A DNA stretch of 64,000 bases from Salisapilia sapeloensis CBS 127946. Taxonomy: Eukaryota > Protista > Oomycota. The translations under genes and the position numbers were made by a program. Within the stretch, counting starts at the first letter, position 1, and every line of letters begins with the position of its first letter. The DNA lies in contig JAADVB010000086.1 in NCBI GenBank assembly GCA_023334545.1, positions 2,643 through 66,642 of the forward strand, given 5' to 3'. The notes under the pieces are model-generated. The model was not told the origin of the DNA, did no database searches, and worked only from the letters and a program-made list of their open reading frames with translations. Of this stretch, positions 23,092-34,929 are shown one piece after another.

Positions 23092-24772
23092 CTATCCATG
23101 GCTCTTCATCTTCCGTGGCTTCTCTCCACGAGTGAACTGGAGCGTACCAAGCACCCAATCGACGATATAAAGGTGCAGGAGCATGTTGACATGATCCTTA
23201 TAGTACATCACAGACCCCCAAACGGACGTATCGACTTCATCGCCTGTTGGTTCATAATACCTGGCGTGGCCTTCCACGGCGTATTTGCCCATGATAGCAA
23301 ATCGCTCTCGTGTCGTTCCACCGAGCTCTTTGTTAATGGCTCGTATCATGTTATTCGTCTTAAAAATGAAAAGCATATCTCTTGGGAGCATCTTTAGAAA
23401 CTCTGACACATCTCCACGCTGGACTTGACTCAGCTCTTCCTGCATCTTCGTCCGTTCTTCCTCATTCATGGAAGTCCCGAGTGGCGCGTTGCTATCAGCT
23501 CCTCTGTACGTGAGGATGAGAGGAAGGTACTTTGTAAACGCACCGATGCCTAGGCGTTGTCCACATTCTTCTAGCAGGTTCGTATCTCGTAGCAGGAGTG
23601 CTCTCCATAGGTCGCAGTAGGCGCGTCGGAAGTCTTCATCGAGTTCTCGATAGAGACCATGATCGAGGAGCACGAGCTGTTCTTTACACGCAGCCTTTGG
23701 GTCTGGATTCTTACGCACAAAGATGTTTCCAGGGTGTGGGTCACAGTGGACGAAGCCGGAGCAAAAGATCATGTCAGAGAAGACTTGGCACAGACGAGTG
23801 GCAACGTCAGGAGGAGACAGTCCCAATTGCTTCATCGCCTCGATGTCCGAGATCTTGGGAGCATCAATGTACTCCATCGTCAAGATGCGTTTGGAGCTTA
23901 GTTCGTCATATACTTGAGGCACATAGACATACGATAGATGCTGTAATAACGATTGGATACGTCGACTATTCCTCTTTTCCGTACGAAAGTCAAACTCTTG
24001 CATGAGTGCTTTTTCAAACTCTGGCATGAGCCACACGACCTTTAGATCCGGGTAAAAGTATTCACTCACACGTGCTGCTAGATGCATGACTTTTAAATCA
24101 CCACCGACTTGAGATGCCAAGTGCGGGTATTGGATTTTGACAGCGACTTGTCGACCTTGGAAGTCCACGGCTCGATGGACTTGAGCTAATGACGCAGCAG
24201 CGAGTGGCTTGGTTTCAAACTCTCGGAAGAAGACATCCCATGGGCCTCCTAGATCCTCCTCTAGCGTCCTGGAAGCTACTTCGAAAGACACTTCCTGCAC
24301 ACACGTGATCAGCACATTCTTTCTCTATCATTTCGCTCGGTAGCTCTACCTGTGCTTTATCCTGTAGCTGCGCCATGACATCCGTCACTTCCTTCGGCAG
24401 GCCGTGGTTCATGGTCGCGAGCTGCTGCCCGAATTTCGTGTAGATGCCGCCGTTCGCCTTGCAAAGCGTATAGAGTCGCTGGGCGATACGGAAGCTCAGT
24501 CGATGTAGCTCTTCGCGATATTCTGGTGTTCCACGCTCTAGCGGTCGCAAGTTCTTCTTTATGTCGTACATGACGCGTCCGCCGGCGATAAAGACGCGAG
24601 CGCATCGTGAGATCGAGTGGCTACTTGCGAACAGGAAGTAGAGTAAGCTGAGGACTAGTGACAGGATCAAGACGACGTGACTATACTCGTGGGTTTCGTC
24701 ATAGGCGTAGACACCTGCGGCAGTCGCAGAGAGACCTAGAGCGGCCTGAAAGGAGCGTCGGAAGCGGAGCAT
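23092..24772 (-). CDS. ADCK1: ABC1/UbiB atypical kinase (ADCK1-like), multi-exon
   Basis: NGGIYTKFGQ, PLAAASLAQVHRA, VAVKIQYP, LTMEYID, FVHCDPHPGN, LLDHGLY. Confidence 0.9.
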
Positions 24773-24847
24773 GGTCTAGTACACTCGAAAGTGTCTACTA
24801 CTGTCCTCGGAATGCTTGTAGCATACAAACTCCAAGTCAATTGCACG

Positions 24848-25517
24848 ATGGAATGGTTATTCGGAGCCAAGGAGGACACGAGCGTGAAGCTGAGTAAAAG
24901 CAGCAATCAAGGTCGAAGCGCACCGGAAGTAGCAGATGATTCGGTTCATAAAGCTCGCGGGAATGAGTTCTTTCGTCAGAAAGAGTATGCCGACGCGATA
25001 GAAGAGTACACGCTCGGCATTGCGATCTGTCCGACAGCGACGCTATATAGCAATCGATCCGTAGTTTCTAAGTCTAAGCTAGTGCTAGGGAATAGCTCGA
25101 GTAATAGAGACGTATGTAGGCTGCTCATTGCGCCATTGACAACTTCCGACAAGCTCGAAAGGATGCCGATGAGGCCATTAAGCTCGATCCGACTTGGGCC
25201 AAGACGTACTCTCGTAAAGGCAAAGCGCTGTACGGCATGCAAAGCTACAAGCAGGCAGCAGACGCGTATGCTAAGGCCTTGGAGCTGAGTCTCCAAGGTG
25301 CCAAAGGCGACGCTGCCCGACGTGACGCAGAGCTCCAGTACGCTACATCCTTCCTCCTCCTCTCATGTGTCTAACTTTTCATCACAGAGCATTGGAGCGT
25401 CAGACGCAGAACCAGTCGGATGCATACCTACGTCTATTGGAGGAGAACAAGCAGCTACAGCGACAGGTAGAGGACTATGAGCATCTATTTGGTGACTGGA
25501 GCAAGAAGGAATTGTAA
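24848..25517 (+). CDS. Three-TPR protein with a C-terminal BAP31-like coiled coil ending in KKEL, 3 exons
   Basis: KARGNEFFRQKEYADAIEEYTLGI..LYSNRS|AAHCAIDNFRQARKDADEAIKLDPTWAKTYSRKGKAL (TPRs). Predicted introns 25061-25119 and 25338-25387. Last exon reads ALERQTQNQSDAYLRLLEENKQLQRQVEDYEHLFGDWSKKEL-stop. Confidence 0.75.
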
Positions 25518-25578
25518 CTCGTACGGACATGAGCATCGTTCATAATGTTATTTCGCCCTACTTGCATGTACTCTTTTT

Positions 25579-28048
25579 TTACGCTGGTGGAGAAAACTCT
25601 TCTTCTTGGAAAAGGATACTACCATAGGACCTTTGCGACGATGCTTGTGCGTCTCGAAGGAGGTATTCATGGATGAAACTGAGGAACCGAAGCGCGTACT
25701 CTGCAGGTGGCAACGCTGTGATCTTGTGTTTATCAAGGAAAGAGCTGAGGAATAAGTGCTGGAGCTTCCATCCAAGATTGTAGCTCTGTAGAATATCGAC
25801 AAAGCCGAGGTAGTAGACACACGTCTTATCCGTCGAGACGACAGCGTTATGTGCAAGGTTGTCAAGTGTCTCGGAGTCGACTGGGTTCTTATGACGTCGG
25901 ATACCTAGTAGACAGCTATAGTCCATGATGCCTAGTTCCTGTAGGAATCCACAGTCGCTCGTGAGCTGCGCGAGGAGGTTGGCTCTCGTCGCAGAGTTCA
26001 CATGCAACGCAGCTCGTTGCGAGACAAAGTCCGTGTCGTAGCGTAGCGACGTCCGAGACCTCGTTCGTAAGAGCGGTTGGTCTTCTGTGAGGATCTGAAT
26101 CGGCGACTGCATCTGCCTCTCCTCCTCTTCCTCCTCATGCGAGTACGGTTGAGACGCAGGAGATTGACGTTGGTAGAGTCGACTGCTGCTCGATGGTGGA
26201 GTCGAAGCAGCGGCAAGCGCGTCATTGAAGCGAGAGAAGTTGGACTGATGGAAGACACCTTTGAGGTCATATCGTTCATCCACTGGTCCGTCGGGAAAGA
26301 CGTTTTCCATGACGACGAAAAACATTTTATTCCATCCGACTGGAAGTTGCATGGAATGACAGCCGAGGAAGCGACAGAGCAACGTATTGGGTTCACGTAA
26401 GACATATTGATGATACAGAGGTAGGATCTTGAGCAGGAACGAATGCTCTTTCTTCGTCATCGTCTTGACAAGGTACTTGCGATCACTAGTAAAGTAGAAG
26501 AGCATGCCAGACTTGCCTTCCGATGCTCGTTCTAGTAATGTATCGGCAAAGGACTGTTCGTAGCGAGCATTGTCGATGCCACACACTTCGCGCAAGTTGT
26601 GGAAGATCTTGGGCGCGTAGTCTGTAAAGCCGAGTTTCTCATAGTACCGATACTCGCCATTGTACACGGTCGTCGCTAGTCGTTTCTTCTCGTGATAGAG
26701 TCCCGTCGAATCCGTGTCTTCCATGTGGAGAAGAGATAATGCTGCAGCGACATTTCGATCGACAGAGCCATGGCGAGAGTTTCGTAGTAAGGGAGAGCGG
26801 AGACTACTGTCATCTGGAATGTCCTTGAGACTACTCCGGATGCCTGCAGTCGTGTATCGCATCAGGTCCTTGCGTAAGGCTGTGCTAAAGTGTTCCGTCT
26901 TGCTTAAAGCTTCCGAGTCTCTCTCGGCACTCGTGAGCGTGTTCTCTCGCTGTCGATTCTGATACATCTCGGTGTTGACGACCCAGACGAGGAAGAGGAA
27001 GAGTGGATAGCTGCCAAAGACGATGGTGAGTGCCACGAGACACTCGTGTGCAAGGCGTCCTTGGAAGTTGTTCCGGTAGCTAGAGTAGTACAGAGCTCCG
27101 CAGGCCGTCCAGTAGCCAGTGTAGACGAACCAGTAGCGATAGTACTGCAGCAGGTTTCGGCGTTTCGCTCGATACGTGACGTCGAGCTGTCGACGAGCGA
27201 AACGGAAGGTGGCGAAGAGGAGGACGGCGAGGGAGACGGTGCAGATGGTGCAGATGGCGCCGTATAAGAGGACCCAGTTGGCGCGATTGATCTCATGGGC
27301 TTCTGGTGTGCGTCTTACCCAGCAGACGTTGAGGACGGAGAGACCGTAGATGTCGACTCGGTAGATGATGAGAGCTGACGCGGCACTGACGCTCCATACG
27401 CTATGGGGTATACGAGTTAGGAGGATGGGTGTAGAGGAGATAGAGTGGATCGTACATAGTGTGGTAGGCCCATGCTTTGCACGAGTAGCCCATCCATGGA
27501 TTGACGAGCGCCACGAGGAGGTCGAGTGTCAGCATCAAGTACCATGCACTACTGGCGAGCATGAAGAACTAGAGTATAGGATGAGAATGTGTTGTGTTCG
27601 AACAAGCTAGATGGCGTACCTGATTATAGGAAGAGAGGAAGAAGCATTGATCAGATAATGCTGCTCTCGACATGTTCTGTTATTATAATCACCCCATGCG
27701 TTATACGTGTATTAGCAAAGGAGCCAGGTAGATGCAGGAAAAGTAGAAAGGTACCTGTACAGCAAACGAGACGACAAGGCCTAAATTGGCCATGAAACCG
27801 CAGCCAGCATGCCAGACGATGAGGTCAGCTGCCGGGTGCTGGGCTTTGATATTCGCGACGAAAAAGTAGGAGAAGAGGAGAGCTCCATAGGCAAGTACCC
27901 CCAAGGCCCCGACAAGTGATAGTATCTCGGCCGAGAGTGGGAGTGACAGCTGCGCCGAGTACTCGTCGTCTGACTCGACTATCTCCATCCTGCCTCGTTT
28001 ATCTTTAGCTGCGGCAGTATACAAACTCGTAGAGTACGACTCAAACAT
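25579..28048 (-). CDS. GPCR-phosphatidylinositol phosphate kinase fusion (oomycete GK family), multi-exon
   Basis: PIPK domain: DYAPKIFHNLR, SEGKSGMLFYFTSDRKYLVKT, RYDLKG, IMDYSCLLG, YLGFVDILQSY. It is preceded by several hydrophobic TM exons (LGVLAYGALLFSYF, VCWV, WVLLYGAICTIC, WFVYTGYW). Start is 28048 or 27988. Confidence 0.88.
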
Positions 28049-28089
28049 CGCTAAGAAAAGAAAAGCGAAGAAAAGACATCGTGTTCGAT

Positions 28090-29894
28090 TTACATGGCTA
28101 AAGGGGCGCCGGCGTTGCGGTTGAGGAGGCTAAAGGTGAACGAATCCATGATGCCCATGATCGTGAAGATGCCACCGACGATAGCACAGACGCTCGTGAG
28201 GAATTGGACGAAACCGGCGCGATATTGCTCGATGCGGAACATGATGGGGGAAAACGAGTACGAGAAGGAGACCACTGCGTGGAGTGTTAGTATGAATAGA
28301 AGAGGTAGAGTAGATCACTCTTACTTGGTAGCCCACTTCCGCTCACAGGGGTGCGCTCTTGGAAGAGCTCTGTCGCAGAGAATTGGTTCGTCGCGATACT
28401 GTCCGAGTTCAAGTACTTGTACTCGGTCGGTACGATCTACTCCTGTCGTCAGGAGGTAATAGTAGATAGGAGTTCTTTTACATACGTTTAAGAAGTACTG
28501 GTAGGTGCCACGGTCGACGCCTTGGAGTGACTTGACTCGTCCATCAAGTGGGTTTTCCATCTCCTACGTCGCGATCGTTAGCGTAGGATCAAACGGAGAA
28601 CAAGATTAGCAGGTACAGGATAGAGATCGCCAAATGCGAGTTGGTTGATGGCGTGGGATGTGTCAAAGACCTGGAAGGTCGCGTCTAACGCATCTTTCTC
28701 GGACAAGTAGCCGTTGTTAAAGTACTTGGATGGGGCAAAGAAGAACTTGCCAGATGCCTATACGATAGTTAGGTGGCTGGCGGGATGGCTGTGGATGTAA
28801 GAGTCTACCTTGGTGACGACTAGTTCGCCTTGGATACGACAGCCTTCCACCAATTCGCCACGCAGCAGCTTTTCCACTGCGACCTCTTGGCACTAGACAG
28901 AGGAGATAGTATCGATCGGATGGAAGAGGATAGAGAGAAAGGTACTTGACTGAGAGAGTGGAGACTCGGGAGACGCCATCCTTTGGTTCGATACGCACTC
29001 TTGACTTCCTCACATGTATTGCAGCACTATCCTCGTCTGTTAGTATCCTTCTCTTCCTTTCGTTCTTAGATGTCGTACTTTGTCGGCAGGAGCAGCGCCG
29101 TAGCAGTCTCCACATTCAGGTCTAATAGAAAAGGGTTGAGATGGAAGGAACTGGGAGGTAGAGTAGTAAGACAGACTTTTGCATGCCATTTGTGCCGTCC
29201 AAGTCCGTGTGGTTCGTGAGAGCTCCTCCGATCTATCCGGTGCTTAGACGTGGTGTTAGAAGAGGATGGAGGTATGGAGTACCATGTCTTTAGTGGCTTG
29301 AGAGACCTCGGCACCCTTTTCATCCAGCCAAATTTTCTCAATCTTGTGCTCAATATCGTGCTATCATCAGATGAGCTACAGGAGCAGAGGTACAGGAGGT
29401 AGATCACTTACATGAGCTTCTCCAGACGCGTCTTCAGACTCGACTGCTACCACAGCACATGGCATTCTATGGTAGCACAGAGTTATGTGGATACGATTGA
29501 AGTGTAGAATGTAGGGAGGAGACCTTGGGAAGGTAACGTCAAAGTTGATTCGAACCATCGTATTCCTGCCTCCATCGACCATCATCTTATCCACTGTATC
29601 CTGCCGGCATTCATCAATACCACTACTCCTCTATACTCTATACAAACACAGGTACCGTAGATAGGTAGTAGGATAGCTCTGAGATGAGTAGGATCGTGAT
29701 AAAGGCAAAAGCCAAGACCGAGACTGTGCATACGCGTCAGCATCCGACGGATATATCCACATGAGAACGATTTGCATGCATTTTTCTTGTTAAAAATTGT
29801 ACGTACAGAATCCTCCTTGCATCGTACGCACTTTAAACTCATCAATCGTCTTGGGATACGCATCCATGCCCTTCAGAGCACCGAGGAGCGCCAT
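28090..29894 (-). CDS. ERGIC3: ER-Golgi intermediate compartment protein 3 (Erv46), many short exons
   Basis: MALLGALKGMDAYPKTIDEFKVRT, VRINFDVTFP, MPCAVVAV, YQYFLNV and FSPIMFRIEQYRAGFVQFLTSVCAIVGGIFT motifs. Confidence 0.9.
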
Positions 29895-29962
29895 CACGAC
29901 TTAATGTCCGAGTTTCGTGTCGAAAATGGCAGTTTGTGGAAACAACGAATTCGACATCGAAA

Positions 29963-31117
29963 ATGACTTGGGCCATCCGCCGTGGTACTCGTCTACTTCG
30001 CCCGTCGTATGGATGTATTCGGCATTCATCGAGCATACCAGTGGTACAGACATTGACGCCATTGGCTTCACCATTGCTCATGCGGATGCATCCGGATCGA
30101 GTGCAACACCATTCGATCGAAATGGCCGAGACCAATGAACTCGCGATTAAAGAGCTCAATGCATTCCTTGCGATGGCTCGTGACGGATGTGCCCATCGTG
30201 CCATCCCGTTGCAAAATCGTGTTCGAGAAGAGCTAGAGGCTCGACGCAAGCCTTATCCGAAGAACAGTGGCGCAACGCCACTTAGCTTTGATCTTGATTT
30301 TCATGTCGAACCGACATCGGACGCTCTTCACTACACGATCCAAGTCCCAGAGACTTTGGTGCGTAGAGCATTGTTTAATGATGAAATGACCGACAATACC
30401 AATCTTGATCATGGCATCTTAAACGTATCAAGTCCACTCGCACGTGCGTGGCAGCATTTTACTCAACGCACTTTAAAAGAGCTTTTTGCAGTCGCGAATG
30501 TCGAGGTAGAAGGCACTCGATTGGAAGAGTGGATGCTTTCATTCTCTGATCCTGGAGACACCAAATCCAGTCGCACGTCCAAAGGCCATAACAAACGACG
30601 GATGCAGCAGCATAAAGACTTTGACGATACGTACCACAAGATGTTAATGCGAGAAAAGAACGTCGTGTATAAATTTACGACAGGTCTCGAGGATGGACCG
30701 ACGACGCAGCATCAAGTTTTGACGGATTTATTGTCCCAGAGATTGGTGCTTCCGAAGCTAGAGACGATAGAGGAGAGGAGGGCAGTGTACCGTTGGATCG
30801 CCGATCTCTTGCTACTGCATTTCATGGACCTCAAACTCCACAGTTTGGTCTGGAACAAGGTCACATTGCTTGTGACGACGCAATCTCTCGAGAAACTCGA
30901 GGTCGAGTGGGATCGACGTCATCCAGAGCAAGGCATGGGTATCCTCATATCAACCGAGATGGACCCAACGACAGTCATCTCGGAGCTATCTCTCCACGTC
31001 GAGCGTCTGGATGAAGCTCTTCGTGGCTCCTCGAAACGATCTACCTCTTCTCCAAAGCAGCACGGGCGTAAAAAGTCTCATTTCTACCAACAAGAGCTAG
31101 ATAAACTCTTCCAATAA
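29963..31117 (+). CDS. Probable mitochondrial DUF4460 (TCAIM-like) protein
   Basis: Arg-rich N-terminal presequence. LLMRMHPDRV..ETNELAIKELNAFL matches the TCAIM N-terminal pattern (F..AVHPD.F..E..NE.SLK.L). The first ATG is at 29963; the track start is a GTG. Confidence 0.6.
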   Translation: MTWAIRRGTRLLRPSYGCIRHSSSIPVVQTLTPLASPLLMRMHPDRVQHHSIEMAETNELAIKELNAFLAMARDGCAHRAIPLQNRVREELEARRKPYPKNSGATPLSFDLDFHVEPTSDALHYTIQVPETLVRRALFNDEMTDNTNLDHGILNVSSPLARAWQHFTQRTLKELFAVANVEVEGTRLEEWMLSFSDPGDTKSSRTSKGHNKRRMQQHKDFDDTYHKMLMREKNVVYKFTTGLEDGPTTQHQVLTDLLSQRLVLPKLETIEERRAVYRWIADLLLLHFMDLKLHSLVWNKVTLLVTTQSLEKLEVEWDRRHPEQGMGILISTEMDPTTVISELSLHVERLDEALRGSSKRSTSSPKQHGRKKSHFYQQELDKLFQ

Positions 31118-31166
31118 CACACTTGTATCTCACGCGTTTATATTCTTCACGACGTTTCTACTCACT

Positions 31167-32447
31167 CTACGCTTGCTTCTGGTTTAACAAAGCTCCTTCC
31201 TGGATGATGTGGGCGCCATCGCCAATGAATGTCAGAAAACTGGCAGGAGGTGGGAGCTCCTGACCGAGTTCTGGCGGGTACGGAGCATCCAATTTCTTTT
31301 GTAGCTCGTCTGCTACTGCTCGACGTAAGAGCACGACGATGCAGCCGCCAAAGCCACCTCCACTCATGCGAGCGCCATATACGCCTTCGACGCTCCTGGC
31401 GCGTCGGACGAGCTCATCCAGCTCTGGCGTACTGACTTCGTAGTCGTCACGGAGAGAGTAGTGACTGTCGTACATGAGCTGTCCCACCTTGGCGTACTCC
31501 TTGTTCGCTAGGAGTTTGACCGTCTGGGTCACTCGATCATCCTCTGCAATGGCATGACGAGCACGTCGGTAGGTTACATCCGACAAGTCCGACTTGATGC
31601 TTTCGAGCTGCTCGAGCGATGCATCTCGTAGCGCCTTGATGCCTGGATACTTCTTCTGGAGCGCACTCACAGCCTCTTTGCACTGCTCTACTCTGGACGC
31701 ATATCCGCCCCCACTGTGCGTGTGAGTCACGTTGGAATTGCATACGACAATAGTGGTGTCTTCGTCTTCGACCGTGACGCGCTGCTTTTCATACGACCGA
31801 CAGTCGATGAGCAAAGCGCATTGGCCTTCGCCACAGGAAGAGATGAACTGATCCATGATGCCACATGGCGTATTGCAATACTCGTGCTCAGAGCGTTGGC
31901 AGAAGAGTGCCTTTTGCGTCGGCGTTACGTCGGAAATGTTAAATGCAGCTTCGAGGAAGGTTGCGTAGCTGACTTCGAGCGCCGCGGAGCTGCTGAGTCC
32001 ACTCCCAGCCGGGACGCGGCTCACGATGGCAGCTCGGACGTTCATGTTTGAAAGTTTCGTGTGCTGGAGGTACATGGCAGCAACGCCACGGATATAGTTT
32101 TGCCACGTATGCTGCGGCGTGGGCGCTATGCGTTCGATGTCGGCATAGAACTCGGCATGAGGATAGTCGCCGGACACGACGTGAGACGGTTCCCCGGCAG
32201 GACTACGTACACCGACGACAACAGTGGGCTTATCCAATGCAAGAGGTAGGACGAATCCATCGTTGTAGTCGGTGTGGTCTCCGATCAGGTTGACACGACC
32301 AGGCGCCGTTGCGATGACCAAGTCCGACCGTGGGACGTTGGCTTCCGACGGGAAGGACTTGTAGAAGAGACGAACGGCTTCTTCCGTGACCTCTTTGACT
32401 TTTTCCTGCGCCTCCATGGATGCACTTGTACTGCGGTCTTTCGCCAT
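31167..32447 (-). CDS. GALK1: Galactokinase (GHMP family)
   Basis: APGRVNLIGDHTDYNDGFVLP, VPAGSGLSSSAALEV, PCGIMDQFIS, GARMSGGGFGGC. Start is probably MAKDR (32447) or MEAQE. Confidence 0.95.
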   Translation of the reverse strand: MAKDRSTSASMEAQEKVKEVTEEAVRLFYKSFPSEANVPRSDLVIATAPGRVNLIGDHTDYNDGFVLPLALDKPTVVVGVRSPAGEPSHVVSGDYPHAEFYADIERIAPTPQHTWQNYIRGVAAMYLQHTKLSNMNVRAAIVSRVPAGSGLSSSAALEVSYATFLEAAFNISDVTPTQKALFCQRSEHEYCNTPCGIMDQFISSCGEGQCALLIDCRSYEKQRVTVEDEDTTIVVCNSNVTHTHSGGGYASRVEQCKEAVSALQKKYPGIKALRDASLEQLESIKSDLSDVTYRRARHAIAEDDRVTQTVKLLANKEYAKVGQLMYDSHYSLRDDYEVSTPELDELVRRARSVEGVYGARMSGGGFGGCIVVLLRRAVADELQKKLDAPYPPELGQELPPPASFLTFIGDGAHIIQEGALLNQKQA

Positions 32448-33039
32448 CGTCGAAATTATGAGAATGGAAGATCGAGTGCTCCAGTCGCTGACGCATCTGT
32501 GTTGAAGTTCAGAGTCGGGGGTTTCTGATAATTCGTGTTTGAAGGTGGCGGAAAAGGAGCACTGGTGCATGTGAATTTGATTTAAGAAAATGACCTTTGT
32601 CTGCTGCGTATGTGCAGAGCAATATGTATGGAATGTGCAGGTTGCTGGTAGGATAGAGGAAGAGGTTGGCGAGGGGGAAGGAGGTGGACTTGAGGTCCGA
32701 TCCAAGCTAGGGTTGGGTGGTTGAACTTCCTTGGCTTCTGAACTTCAAACACTTCTGCCACGATAAGCGATGATGACGATGTAAAGAAGCGACGCAACCG
32801 TCTATCTGTTGGCAGATAGTGCACATGCGCGTACTGAAGAGTGGCGACGCGCGATGGCAGACTTATACGCTTGCAGGTCTTTTGTCTAGGTTTCTACATG
32901 TTGTGATTGGTGGAAATTTATAAAGACGACATATGATTGGTTTAAATAATGTGTCTAAACACGAATTTGGACACGAAAAATTGTTTGGCATGGAGATGAA
33001 AGACGCTGTCGAGTTCAGTAAATTTACGAGTTATTAGAA

Positions 33040-34350
33040 AGGAACCGAAGGTATATTTAGCTGCAAAAGTGCTGCTGGACATAACTTACCGATTGCATAA
33101 AACTTTTGCTACTTTAAATCTATATTGTCCAGTGTTAAAAGCTCGATATTGCTTACGATGACTGACCTCTATCCAGCACGTGAAAAAGCTGTACGGACTG
33201 CGTACATGTCTAAGGAAGTAGATGCTTGCTTTTTTGAAGGAGCGCCTATTATGAAGTGTACTGATATGGTTGAAAGTGTATGCAGCATCGGTACAACCAA
33301 AATGTCAAGTTTCAACATCAATTGCTTCGTCACCTTGAGCGTGATCAGGATGACGAATATATGAGCTGCGATAATGTTGTTGGACGCTTTGTGGTCGGTT
33401 TTTCCTTCGTCCAATGCAAAATGGCTCGTTACAGTTTCAAATGGATCATGCTTCCTTCCGTATCACTCATCTAAAGGCCGTGCTCGCGTTAGATCAGTGT
33501 TCAGAGAAATTGGGGATTCGCATGTTGTCAGTCTATTTATGAAAATCGAATCCGCAACAATTGCGATCGTTGTGAATTGCCGGTTTCGCTTTACCACTGG
33601 CCATTAAAAAACCAACGTAACACTTCAATGTAACTTCCACGCCAAACGAGGAGTACAAAAACAATTGATCGGTGGTGCCAATGGACACGCCGCTTCATAC
33701 TCTTGGCCTATGTCGACTCTCGAGCTCCATCCTCTGTTGCAATTGATGCTTCCATTGTCATGCTCACAGCAGCATGATCTGTATGGAAGTTGCAAGATAT
33801 AGATGAGGTTTTCGGAGCGAAGTAGGCCTAAAACGATATAGCCTTCGATATTTTTCACCTCTTTCATCGATTTTAATCAAGCTGATTTAAGAGGCACAGT
33901 ACAGATCACAGCTCGCACATGCTCATACTCATATTGCATATTTCGCCTCGCGTAATACCTAATTGTCCTCACAACGAACACGGCCTTGATTCTTTTTGGT
34001 ACATTTCTGTCTTGGTCTTCGACGCAATTAGGAGGAACCGATCTTCGAGAAAACTTCAAGACACGCCTGATGCTCGAAATGTGCAAATTTGAAAAAGCGC
34101 GCGAGAGACTCGGTGAGCTCTTCGCTGTTATTTTAAAACATACAAAGTACAGTGGTAGACGGAGCAGTTTATCGATATTTGTAAATCACACTGTAGTATG
34201 TCCCACTAAAATGTCGAAGAGCTCAATGTTGCAAGTAAATCGAATGCAGCTTCAACCTAAAGGGCTTCTGAGGATACGCTCGACACCATTCCCCGCCAAG
34301 AAATGACAGATGAACGGACGATATACGCGGTTAGGAATGGAAAGGTAGAC
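33040..34350 (+). mobile_element. Degenerate repeat, possibly a Mutator/MULE-like transposase relic
   Basis: Parts match 60840-61380 in the same orientation, so it is repeated. Broken frames give KVLLDITY, TDLYPAREKAVRTAY and a SWIM-like TVQITARTCSY. The family assignment is tentative. Confidence 0.35.
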
Positions 34351-34929
34351 AGCGGCCTGAAAGTAGCACGAAATGCCGAAGAAATAGGCATAATACCCAT
34401 TACAATTCGTCCATGCTTGTTTTCATAATATCGATTACCCGTTGAACGGACACTGCATACAATAGAAGCTGCTCTGATCGAGATAACAATTAGAGCATGG
34501 ATAATTATGGCTGCACAGAATGATAACTTCTATATCCATTCTTTTATCCTGTTATTATCGCTAAAGATTTCGAGGATACTCGAATCAGGCGATTTTAGCT
34601 TCCCATCCTTGAATAGTCTGAGCTCAACCGTGCAGGTGGTCGGTAACGAAGCAGCTAAGCTACTACTCTAGACTGAAGTTAGCAAAAGAATTGCTTGATA
34701 CACTTGGATCGAAATGTCATACATCCAATAGGATCGTTTTTACTCTTAAAACGATGTGCCAAACGCTGCAGCCTTTACTCCTATATGCTAGATTTATATT
34801 ATTGTATATAGCTGACAGAGTAAAAGCACAAGGCGTTTTGTTTGTGTGGTGTTCTGCGACGTATCTGACTTGAATTGGAAGCACTATGCAATGTCGCTCT
34901 CGGAGTTAGTTTCTTTAAATTCTCCCGTT

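Noticed and set aside
32448-32705. N-terminal extension of the galactokinase ORF
   Set aside because: It begins at a non-ATG codon, is low-complexity and UTR/promoter-like, and has no GHMP similarity.
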